Shown here one piece after another: positions 42,466-51,623 of a stretch of 64,000 nt of DNA. How positions within the stretch are numbered: position 1 is the first letter of the stretch; each line of letters opens with the position of its first letter. Below the pieces are notes generated by a model. That model searched no databases, was not told the DNA's origin, and was given only the letters and a program-made list of their open reading frames with translations. Where the stretch lies: IMG/VR virus record IMGVR_UViG_3300043464_001630, positions 1 to 64,000 of that record. The stretch is one strand, 5' to 3'. A program made the translations under genes and the position numbers.

Positions 42466-45400
42466 TGTTCCATGTGGAACATTCTCCAACGGAGAGAAGA
42501 GAGGATTCTGGGGAGAGTATAGTGGTTATGTTTAGAATGAATATGTTCTTATGCACATAATGCATAATGATTATTAGATATGCTTATAATGCATAAGAAC
42601 TATTAGATATGCACATAATACATGTGTGTTATTAGGTATGCTTAAATTGCATATTAGTTTCGCTTATCTGGGGTTTTCTCGTGGTTTAGGTCAGACCCTC
42701 CCCCCACCTCAAGGTTAATAAGAATCCTCTACTAATGGAAGGTTTATTTTCACTTTTTTTGGGTTTGTTTAGAAAAGGTCAGACCCTCCCCCCGTACCTC
42801 TAGGTTAGTATGCGATCCAGTATTTTAGCAAGAAAAAAGAAAAATAAAAATAGTGCTAAAGAAAAAAGATTTTCAGTTTTTCCTAAAGAGTTTTTTTCAA
42901 ATGCCTATTAAAAGGAGCCATGCAATTTACAAATTCCATTTGCTTAGAGTTAGCTACCCTTGCCTCTCTCAATCAGTTAGAGAAGCTCGCCGAGCGCCTG
43001 ACTGAATTGCAGCCCTTAGTTAAACAGGGACGCGGAACATGGGGGGAGAATATTGAAAAGATGTTGGCTTTTCTCTCTGACCGAAAGCCCCGCTTCTCCA
43101 TCTTTGCCAAGGGAAACGGAAAACTGCCGTTTGCTGCGTTTTCTGTGCTTCCGCTTGTTTCCTGCCCCGGTTCTGGTGCTTGTAAAAACTGGTGCTATTC
43201 TCTGAAAGCATGGCGATATCCAGCGGCTTTCTTTCGCCAGTTGCAGAACCTAATTCTTTTGATGTCCCCAGAGGGGCGGAAAACTGTCGCAGAGGCATGG
43301 AACAAGCTCCGCAAGGGGGCGCATGTTCGGTTGTACGTTGATGGGGACATTCACTCTCTTGAGATTCTAGAATATTGGCAGAACCTTTGTCGCCAGCGTT
43401 CAGATTTGCAGGTTTATGGGTATTCTAAAAGCTGGGGAATATTCTTGCGTTTCGATGGAGAATGGGCGTCGAACTATACTCTCAACCTTTCAAGCGGTTC
43501 GAAGTTTGTAAACAGCCCTAAAGTAAAAGAACAAATTTCCGCCCTTCCGATTGTGCGGGGTGAGTTTGTGGCTGTTCCCGTGGCTTCGAAGGCTCCAAAG
43601 CGCAACCTTAAAACGGGTCAGCCTCTGAACCCCGCAGCATGGCAGTCTCATAGGTTAGAGGTTCTAGCCGCTGCAAAGAAGCTAGGAATGGGTAAAGTGT
43701 TTGTTTGTCCGGGTTTGTGTGGATTCTGTGCAAACGGAAAACACGCTTGTGGCAATCGTGCATTTAACGGAATTCCGATTGTGATTGGAATCCATTAAAA
43801 TAGTTCTAAAGAATCCTCTATTCTTTGCCGATTAGTATATACCGGAAGGTTCGATCCCTTCCGGTTCACTCAGAAACCCAAAAAACAGCCATGATGCTCA
43901 AAGCCAAAAAATCGAAAAAGTCACAAAAAATTGTAATTGCATTCCCGATTGCAAACACTAATGGTCAAATGGTTTCGATTCATACAACCGTTGGAAAGTA
44001 TTCTTTTATTCTTGATTACTGGGCTGGTGATGCCGTCGAAAACGCTCTCAAGAGAATCGAGGAAGAGAATGTCACCGGAATCGGTTTTACGACAGCAAAC
44101 GGAACACCGATTCAAGTAAGGTTGCTAGATTAGCAGGTTTTAGAGAATCCCCTACTCTTTACGAAGGGCGGGGGATTCTCCGTTGTTCCACATGGAACAT
44201 TATAGGAACAGATAATAGGTTAAACCCTCCCGTCCTTCCTCTAGGTTAATAAGGATTCTCTATTACTACAACAGAAAAGAAAAAAAAGTTTCTGCTAAAG
44301 TTTTCTAGAAACCTGTTACTGATTCTTTGTTCCACATGGAACATTCCAGAATCTAGTGAGTATACAAACCCTCCCGTCACACCTATAGGTTAATAGAGAA
44401 TCCTCTATTCTTACAACCTTTTTCTTTTTTATTTTTCTGCTAAAGTCTTTCACCTTTCTTGCCTATTAGTAGTTATGCCGAAACATTCCTCTGACATTGC
44501 TTACGAGTTGACAAACCTCTTGAAGTTTGAAAGCATGAAAAGCGTTGGCGAATTTAGTGAAGCCTACGTCATCGGATACTTGAGCAGTATCTTGAAGAAT
44601 CTTGCAAAGTATCCTGAGGTTCAGCGTGAACTGGAAAAAGAAGTAGAAAGAATAAAAAAGTACTAAAGACGCTCTGCTGAAAAACCGACTACTCTGTATG
44701 ACTGTAAAACTGATCAACGCCGCAATCAAACACCTCAACCTCGAAATCATCAAAGGAAGCGGATACGTTTATTTTCTTGACTTGACTACTGGATATCAGG
44801 TGGGCGACTCTGTGCATATTGCATACCTCAATCATGTCAGCTTGGATCGGTGGATCGAAGAAGCCGAAGGTGCAAGAAAAGACGAAGAAGTAAAAAAGTT
44901 CTAAAGAATCCTCTACAAATACCGACTACTATATACCAGAAGGTCCAATCCCTTCTGGTTCACTCAGAAACCTTAGTACATTATGGAAAAACTCACCTTG
45001 GAAGAAATCACCCGCATTGCTGAAAAACTGGGAGTCAAGTTGGACGGGAATCCAACGCCAGCGCAGAAAGCCGAAATCGCAAACATACTTGTCACCCTTT
45101 TGGAAGTTGAAGCGAAACTGAAAAAGAACTAAAGTCTCTCCGAGAAAAACCGATTACTATATACCGGAAGGTTCCAGTCCTTCCGGTTCTCAACCCAAAA
45201 ACCAAACTACATTCTATGATCACCAAAAACGAAAACGGCACACTCTCAATCGGCGACATTCAAATCGTTTCTTCTTATAACAAAGAAACAAAGCAGCATA
45301 CCTTCAATCTGCTTAAAGCGGGTTGTGTTCCCGTTCAGCATATCGGGAATCACCTGACGCTCCGAAACAATATCACGAAACTGGTGGAACAAGTAGAAGC

Positions 45401-46291
45401 TACCTACGTTGAGGAAGTGGCCTCAGAAGTGGCCTCAGAATCGTTCAGCGAGACTATTCTGGACATTACAGAATTCGTTCAGATTCCAGTCGACGACAAC
45501 GCCCCCACTTCTGAGTCAGAAGATTATAACCTCTTCAAGGATTATCTAAAGAAATTCTCCGAAGCTACCGGAGAGGAACGGGAGAAATTTGCGGAGATTG
45601 CCAGTCAGATTCTCCTTGGCATGAACATTCAAGCGGTGTAAAGAATCCCCCCGCCACACTCACTAGAGACTCCCCCCTATCTAGTGAGTGTGGTATCTTT
45701 TTCACTTCTCTATTAAAAATGAATTTATAGCATATTCGTTTTTATATCATCGAGTCGTGAGTCAACCAAAAAAATCCCGCTCTCCCCTAAAAACGCTAGG
45801 CTCCTACACACAAGCGTAGGACTCCCACAAAAATAATACGGGGGCGCAAATAGTTCTAAAGAATCCTCTACAGTTGCCGATAGATATAGTGTCAGCGTAG
45901 TAAACCTTAAATTCACTTCTTATGTTCCAAGCAAACCTTGTCAAAGCTGTCTCTCACTACCCGCTCTCCAAGTTGATCCCTGATTCTATCGGAAACGAAA
46001 AAGACGAAGGTCTCTATGACTATTTTATCGACAGTCTTTCCGAAGGACGTATTGTGGGAGCAGGAGCTACTTTTATGCTTCTCGAACCCAAACTGTTCAG
46101 GAAGCACCTAATGAGTGCTCTAGAATTCGGCGAATTCAATCTCGCCGCTCTTGAGATTGAAGATATCCTAAGAACAACTGACACTCTGATTCTCCGCGAC
46201 ATTCACGTTTCATTGGCAGAGTAAAGAAGAAAGAAGTAGTCCCCTATGCTCTACGGAGTGTAGGGGATTCTCTATTGTTCCACATGGAACA
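42466..46291. repeat. Four parS-like 16-bp palindromes TGTTCCAYRTGGAACA (42466, 44184, 44328, 46276)
   Basis: Read directly; one mismatch from the parS palindrome TGTTCCACGTGGAACA. Confidence 0.7.
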
Positions 46292-46670
46292 TTCGGGAAT
46301 AGTAAGATACACTATAAGCATATCTTATATGCATTATGATGTATAAGCATAACTTCTAATAATAATATATAAGAACCTCCGCCCTCCCCCCTCCCTTTCA
46401 GTATATCACACTTGTCAAGCCCCAGTTTTGAGAGACTGGAATAGGCCAAACCCTCCCCCCGCCTCTAGGTTAATAAAGAAACAAGTGGTTTGTGAAGGTT
46501 TATTTTCACTTTTTTTCTGAGCTTTTACAATTCCAGACAGACCCTCCCTTCCGCCTCTAGGTTAGTTTGAAAATAATAGTTCTGTCAATCCCTTTTTTTG
46601 CAGAAAAAAAGAAAAGGTCATACCCTCCCGTCACGCCGATAGGTTAGTCCGCAAAACAGGGGGCAGTCAA
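42695..46670 (-). promoter_or_regulatory. Seven minus-strand units: A-tract, TTGACA-like, N17-18, TAACCT, AGAGG-like, N3-5, GGGAGGGT
   Basis: + strand ACCCTCCC...AGGTTA at 42695, 42783, 44224, 44368, 46450, 46541, 46622. Confidence 0.7.
42920..43798 (+). CDS. Gp88-like Cys-rich protein
   Basis: GNGKL, SCPGSGACKNWCY, RLYVDGDI, YGYSK, CPG.CG.C. Confidence 0.7.
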   Translation: MQFTNSICLELATLASLNQLEKLAERLTELQPLVKQGRGTWGENIEKMLAFLSDRKPRFSIFAKGNGKLPFAAFSVLPLVSCPGSGACKNWCYSLKAWRYPAAFFRQLQNLILLMSPEGRKTVAEAWNKLRKGAHVRLYVDGDIHSLEILEYWQNLCRQRSDLQVYGYSKSWGIFLRFDGEWASNYTLNLSSGSKFVNSPKVKEQISALPIVRGEFVAVPVASKAPKRNLKTGQPLNPAAWQSHRLEVLAAAKKLGMGKVFVCPGLCGFCANGKHACGNRAFNGIPIVIGIH

Positions 46671-47740
46671 ATTTATTTTCATTTATTTTTAACCTGTGTA
46701 AATCGTTGAGAATCATTAACTTACGAAGTTTTCGCGTTTAAAGGCGATTCTAGGGGGGTTTCTACCGTGTCAGCTATGATCACCCTACCGGCAATAGAAA
46801 GGGGATCAGAACGGGATTCTTGGCGATTCCAGAGTGGGTTCCTGTATTAGGTTCCGGTGAGCTTTTTCCCTACCGGCGAACCCTACCGACGAACCGTTGA
46901 AAACTTTTTTGCTAGTGTAACTTTCGGAAATATAGGGACTTATAAAATTATTTAAAAAAAGAGCTTAAGGGATTTGCCATTTCGTTCGAATACTAGGGTA
47001 GGTCAGCGAGATTCCGCTGGCTTGGCCGCGAGAGGCAAGGGAAGTCTCCGCTAGGGCTGGAACCTATGGTTACCAGAGTTGATGGTGCTCTCTGAAGAGG
47101 CTCGCAGAGGAATGTCCGATAGAATACGGGACGGTTCCGGTTGCTCAGGCTAGTACCCTGAGTGGCTACCAGCGAAGGTACACAGTATTTGTGGGGTTTG
47201 TCGCCAGCGTTTTACGGTTACCGAGATAGGGAATCCGAGAATAGAGCGTTGGCAATCAAACACTAATTAAGATTATGAAAATAACAAATGCCGTTTCCGC
47301 CGCTAATTCTAGTGATTTTGTTTATTCGGAAAATGTTAGGTACGTTTTTATCTGTAAAATGATCGAATCCCGAATCTCTTCACGACTTTTTCTGATTGAT
47401 GATTCGAAAGAACAAAAGTTACAGGATATAATTAATGGCGATTGGCGCAAAACCTTGGGATGTATTGATGAGCAGATTAAAAATCTAGAAAAAGAGCGGA
47501 TTCCTTTGGAGAAATGGCTCCGCGACAACGGAGCAAACGACGACGATTTAGACCATAGTTTGTGGTGCGACGACACAGATTGGAGAGCATGGGTAAATGA
47601 GGATTAGGTATTGTGTTCAGCCCCTTACACAATTCGGTGTAGGGGGCGCGGTTATAAGTGTTTTGCTTTCAGCCTTTTGTCAGTCCCGCTGTAGGGCACT
47701 GAGTTCACAAAGGGTTGAATAACAGTACACTAATTAAATT

Positions 47741-49273
47741 ATGACCCCATCAAAGTATCAAACCGCTGCAATCAACTGGATGACAAGCGGAAGCGGAAAC
47801 GCAGTTATTAGCGCAGTAGCAGGAAGCGGAAAGACGACTCTTTTGCTCATGATGCTGAAAGAGTTGTTCAAAGAAGGAAAGTGTCCCTCAGTGGCTTGCC
47901 TAGTGTTTGCGAAGAAAAACCAAGTGGAAATGGACTATAAGCTCAAAAGGGAAGGGATTCCCGCCGAGTCTTATACGGTTCACTCGCTTTGCCTCAGGGC
48001 ATATAGGAAGTTTGTTCCTAACTTCAAACTCGAAGGAAGGAAAGTGAGACTAATCCTCGAAGAAAACCTATCGTCTGAGGACTTTAGTCTCTATGCAACC
48101 GCTTGCGAAAAACTGGTTAAGTTCGCAAAGGACGACGGGGCCGGAATTTTTTGGCCCATTGCGGATGCTGCTCAATGGCAGCGCCTTATGGCGCATCATG
48201 ATGTCGAACTAGAGAACGATGCCACGATGGATCGGGCGATTGAGATTTGTCAGAAAACCTTAGAAGCGAACAATAAAGAGAAAATCTTTATAGATTTCTC
48301 TGATATGATTTATCTTACTCTGTTGAACGGGTACACTTTACCGAAGTTTGACTGGGTACTGGTGGACGAAGCGCAGGATTTAAGTCCCCTTAGACAAGCG
48401 GTTTGCTTTGCTTTGAAGGGAGAAAACACTCGCTTCGTTTTCCCCGGCGATAGAATCCAAGCAGTGTTTGGGTTCACTGGCGCGGATGCGGAGTCTCTGG
48501 ACAATATCAAATCCGCTTACAACGCTACAGAGCTACCGTTGTCAGTGTGTTACCGCTGTTCAAGCTCAGTGGTGAACCACGCAAAGCAATGGAATCCCGT
48601 AATTGAATCAGCACCAAACGCTGAAACGGGAAGCGTTACCGAAATGCCCTACACCGCGCTGACGGAAAAGCCTGAGTCTCTTAACCTTTCGTACAAAGAC
48701 GCGATCCTTTGCCGGACTAATGCGCCTTTGATGCGCACCGCGTTTTCTCTGATCAAAAAGGGAATCCCGTGCAGAATTGAGGGGCGGGACATCGCTCAGG
48801 GGCTCATTAACGTAATCGGAAAATGGAAAGTTAAGACACTGGACGCTCTCGAAAACCGCCTTTCCGATTACTTGGATCGCGAAACGCAAAAGGCTCAGAC
48901 TAAGGGTAATGAGGCTTTGGTAGGCGTCATAACCGATAAGGTGGATTGCATTAGGGCTTGCATGGAAAAGTGCTACCTCGAAGGCAAGACCCGCGTTGAC
49001 GACCTCAAAGCATTGATTGATAGCATGTTCTCGAACGCGGACGATAAGACAACCCGCCGCGACTTGCTCACCCTTTGCTCTGTCCACAAATCAAAGGGGC
49101 TGGAATGGGAACGAGTCTTTCTACTTGGGCGTCAAGACTTTATGCCTTCCAAGTGGGCAAAGAAAGACTGGATGAAGGTTCAGGAAACTAACCTTATCTA
49201 TGTAGCTATCACCCGCGCCAAGAGAGACTTAGTCGAAGTCACCGGAGTGTCTGAGTACCTCAAAGGCAAGTAG
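47741..49273 (+). CDS. UvrD/Rep-like superfamily 1 helicase
   Basis: AVAGSGKT, VDEAQD, GDRIQAVFGFTGA, YRC, ILCRTN, VHKSKGLEW, YVAITRAK. Confidence 0.92.
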   Translation: MTPSKYQTAAINWMTSGSGNAVISAVAGSGKTTLLLMMLKELFKEGKCPSVACLVFAKKNQVEMDYKLKREGIPAESYTVHSLCLRAYRKFVPNFKLEGRKVRLILEENLSSEDFSLYATACEKLVKFAKDDGAGIFWPIADAAQWQRLMAHHDVELENDATMDRAIEICQKTLEANNKEKIFIDFSDMIYLTLLNGYTLPKFDWVLVDEAQDLSPLRQAVCFALKGENTRFVFPGDRIQAVFGFTGADAESLDNIKSAYNATELPLSVCYRCSSSVVNHAKQWNPVIESAPNAETGSVTEMPYTALTEKPESLNLSYKDAILCRTNAPLMRTAFSLIKKGIPCRIEGRDIAQGLINVIGKWKVKTLDALENRLSDYLDRETQKAQTKGNEALVGVITDKVDCIRACMEKCYLEGKTRVDDLKALIDSMFSNADDKTTRRDLLTLCSVHKSKGLEWERVFLLGRQDFMPSKWAKKDWMKVQETNLIYVAITRAKRDLVEVTGVSEYLKGK

Positions 49274-50160
49274 CCTTCAGAGTTGCGGCTCAGGGGAGTT
49301 CAATCCTCTCCTGAGCCCTTCGCGTTTAAATGCCCTTTAAAAGGCTCCACCCCCTTCGTCAGTATCTCCACCGCCCCCCGCCCCCTATAGGCCATTAGAA
49401 ACCCCCGTAGCGTTCCGCCATTAGGGGATCATGATTGTCCCCTCAGTTCCGTTCACACAATAAACTCACGTTGGTAATAGATTCGCGTTCACATTACACA
49501 CTCAACCCACTCTAATAAACTCATGAGAGACACACACTTCCCTAACTTTGTTCACCTTATCCTTTCCAATAATCCTTCAGCCTATGCCAAGCAAGTGCTT
49601 ATTAGAGAGTCTAGTCTGTACTACAGAGACTTCTATTCCTCTTGCTACGTCCTGACTCTGGACGAAAAAGACTTCGCCATTAACAGAGCGGTGGAAAGGT
49701 TCTCTGAGTATGTAAACCTTTCGAAATCAACGCTAGACTCACTGGACGCGGTTAAGACTGCTGTCGCTCAGGTGCTTCAAGAATCTTATACTGAGTCTAT
49801 TCAAAGAACTTTCAAAGCTAAGGGGTTGGCTATGGTATAGGCGACCTCTCCTAATACGGGGCTCCCTTTTTCGGAAGGGGGTTCCCGTTTCAGGAAGCGT
49901 GCCACCTAGCGAAAAAGAAAGTTTTATTTTCTACTAAAGTTTTTGGGAGAACGGGGCTCTTCTATGCAGGTCGAGCATTTTAATTTGCGGCTTGCGTAAG
50001 TTGCATGACTGGTCGGGTGAGGGGGCATTGCCAAAATTTTTTTTGCAAATTTCTGGAAATTTTACTAAAGGCGATTTTTTAATATACAATCCTCTATTAT
50101 TTCCAGATCTTTTTTTGATATTTTAATTTTATATTTTTGTTGAGTAAAATATACGAAATT

Positions 50161-50541
50161 CTAATTTTCCATTCTACTACTCCATCCGTCTACGTCGTCG
50201 GTTAATCTTGGGATATATCCGCCTATGCTTTGTGCGAACTGTTCTCCTTCGTATGATCGTCTGGAAGAATGTTCTGGTACTGGTTGATCGTTTTGTTCTG
50301 CCCATTCTGTGGCAGTTTCCCATATATGCGTAGCTACTCCTTGTCTCCTATACGGTTCGCCTACATATAACCTTTCTACTTCTCCATCATCTTTAGACCA
50401 TTCAATAAATCCCACGGCTCCCTTCTTATTAAAGAAATCTATTCTGTTATTATATTCGGTTTCTGAATGTTTAAATCTTAACGTATCCCAGTCTAATGCT
50501 ATTTTTTTATAACTCTCCCATATCATTTGTTCGTCATTCAT
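50161..50541 (-). CDS. MND-leader GNAT acetyltransferase
   Basis: MNDEQMIWESY; LYVGEPYRRQGVAT. Confidence 0.75.
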   Translation of the reverse strand: MNDEQMIWESYKKIALDWDTLRFKHSETEYNNRIDFFNKKGAVGFIEWSKDDGEVERLYVGEPYRRQGVATHIWETATEWAEQNDQPVPEHSSRRSYEGEQFAQSIGGYIPRLTDDVDGWSSRMEN

Positions 50542-50583
50542 AATTTTATTTAACCTTTAAACTATAATAATTTTATTTAACCT

Positions 50584-51561
50584 TTAAACTATATCGTATA
50601 GTATATCACCTATGCAATTTTCTATGGCCGTGTCGATTTGATCAGCTATATATTCTTCGATGTTTATTAGATTTTTTATATTAAAATCAGCGAACCAAGA
50701 TTCCATCTTTTTAAACATCTTTTCGTCTATCATTTGGTTAAAGGTTATTTTTCCGGTTTGCATTAACTGAGCTACTAATTCTTCTTTCATGTCAGATACT
50801 ATTAATTGTTTATTTCTTGCCGAGCCGAATGTAAAAAAGTCCATGTAAAAATTTTCTGGATCTCTATAGTATTTTCCAGCATGTATGTTATTTGTTGTTA
50901 TATTTTTTAAAATTGGATAATCGTATAGGTTTATCGAAGGATCGCCATATATTGATAAGGATTCTTTAAACATGGTATGATAATCTTTGAGTACCTTTCT
51001 TATATTATTATCGATATCTACGTTTTCCCTATGTGCTAGAATAGCATGTCCGCATTTGTGTGATCGTATCCAAGAAGAAAAAGCCATAATACCCGATCTT
51101 TCTTCTTGACCAGAAGGTGTCATTATTACGGTAATTCCGTTTGGACTCGATAATCTCTTTTTTATTGATGGATCTCCTTCTACTAAATTTTGAATATCAG
51201 ATTTGTTTATGATATGTTTGATACCAGAATCGTACTTAGATTCTTTTTCTAAATTAGCATCTATCAGTCTCCATAATAAAGGAGGTTTTCCTTGGGTTTG
51301 TCTTCTGCGGTCTAAGCCTTTTGCCGTTCCGGTTTGTACCGTGGATTTCATCAGTTCTCTGGCTTTTTCGCTGCTCCATGCATTTATATCAGTTTTTCTT
51401 GATTTAGGCTCGTTAATTATTTTTCTTGAATTTTTTTGTACAGGTTTATATTCGGATTTTAATTTATCAGTTATTTCTGGATCGTCGCCCATGAATTCCA
51501 GAGTAGCGGGAACTTCAGATATTAACTTATATCTTTCCCAGATCATTTGTTCGTCATTCAT
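50584..51561 (-). CDS. MND-leader protein with HxxGH zincin-like motif
   Basis: MNDEQMIWERY..ISE; WIRSHKCGHAI...EELVAQ; TATAAATA upstream. Confidence 0.55.
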   Translation of the reverse strand: MNDEQMIWERYKLISEVPATLEFMGDDPEITDKLKSEYKPVQKNSRKIINEPKSRKTDINAWSSEKARELMKSTVQTGTAKGLDRRRQTQGKPPLLWRLIDANLEKESKYDSGIKHIINKSDIQNLVEGDPSIKKRLSSPNGITVIMTPSGQEERSGIMAFSSWIRSHKCGHAILAHRENVDIDNNIRKVLKDYHTMFKESLSIYGDPSINLYDYPILKNITTNNIHAGKYYRDPENFYMDFFTFGSARNKQLIVSDMKEELVAQLMQTGKITFNQMIDEKMFKKMESWFADFNIKNLINIEEYIADQIDTAIENCIGDILYDIV

Positions 51562-51623
51562 AGGATTATTTATATAAACAGAAAATTCTTGACGTTTCTG
51601 AAAAAAGAAATTATAATAAATCT

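Larger units (their letters stand above)
22395..45885 (+). promoter_or_regulatory. About 22 sigma28/FliA-like promoters CTAAAG-N14-(G/A)CCGAT(T/A)A, at 22395, 24269, 26181, 27461, 29638, 30007, 31305, 31512, 31812, 32097, 32346, 32681, 34152, 35523, 41713, 42883, 43806, 44440, 44663, 44901, 45129, 45856
   Basis: Bipartite motif with near-constant spacing, each directly upstream of a + strand ORF; matches TAAA-N15-GCCGATAA. Confidence 0.8.

Noticed and set aside
41153-42565. Minus-strand ORFs 41153-41476 and 42155-42565
   Set aside because: Low-complexity translations of repeat-rich DNA or antisense to a better ORF
46697-46724. dif/Xer-like pseudo-palindrome GTAAATCGTTGAGAATCATTAACTTAC (half copies near 5585 and 6755)
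   Set aside because: Too degenerate to support, and no tyrosine recombinase in the window
47038-47118. RNase P RNA (GGGAAGTC / GAGGAATGTCC resemble P4)
   Set aside because: No matching 3' P4 strand or closing P1 found
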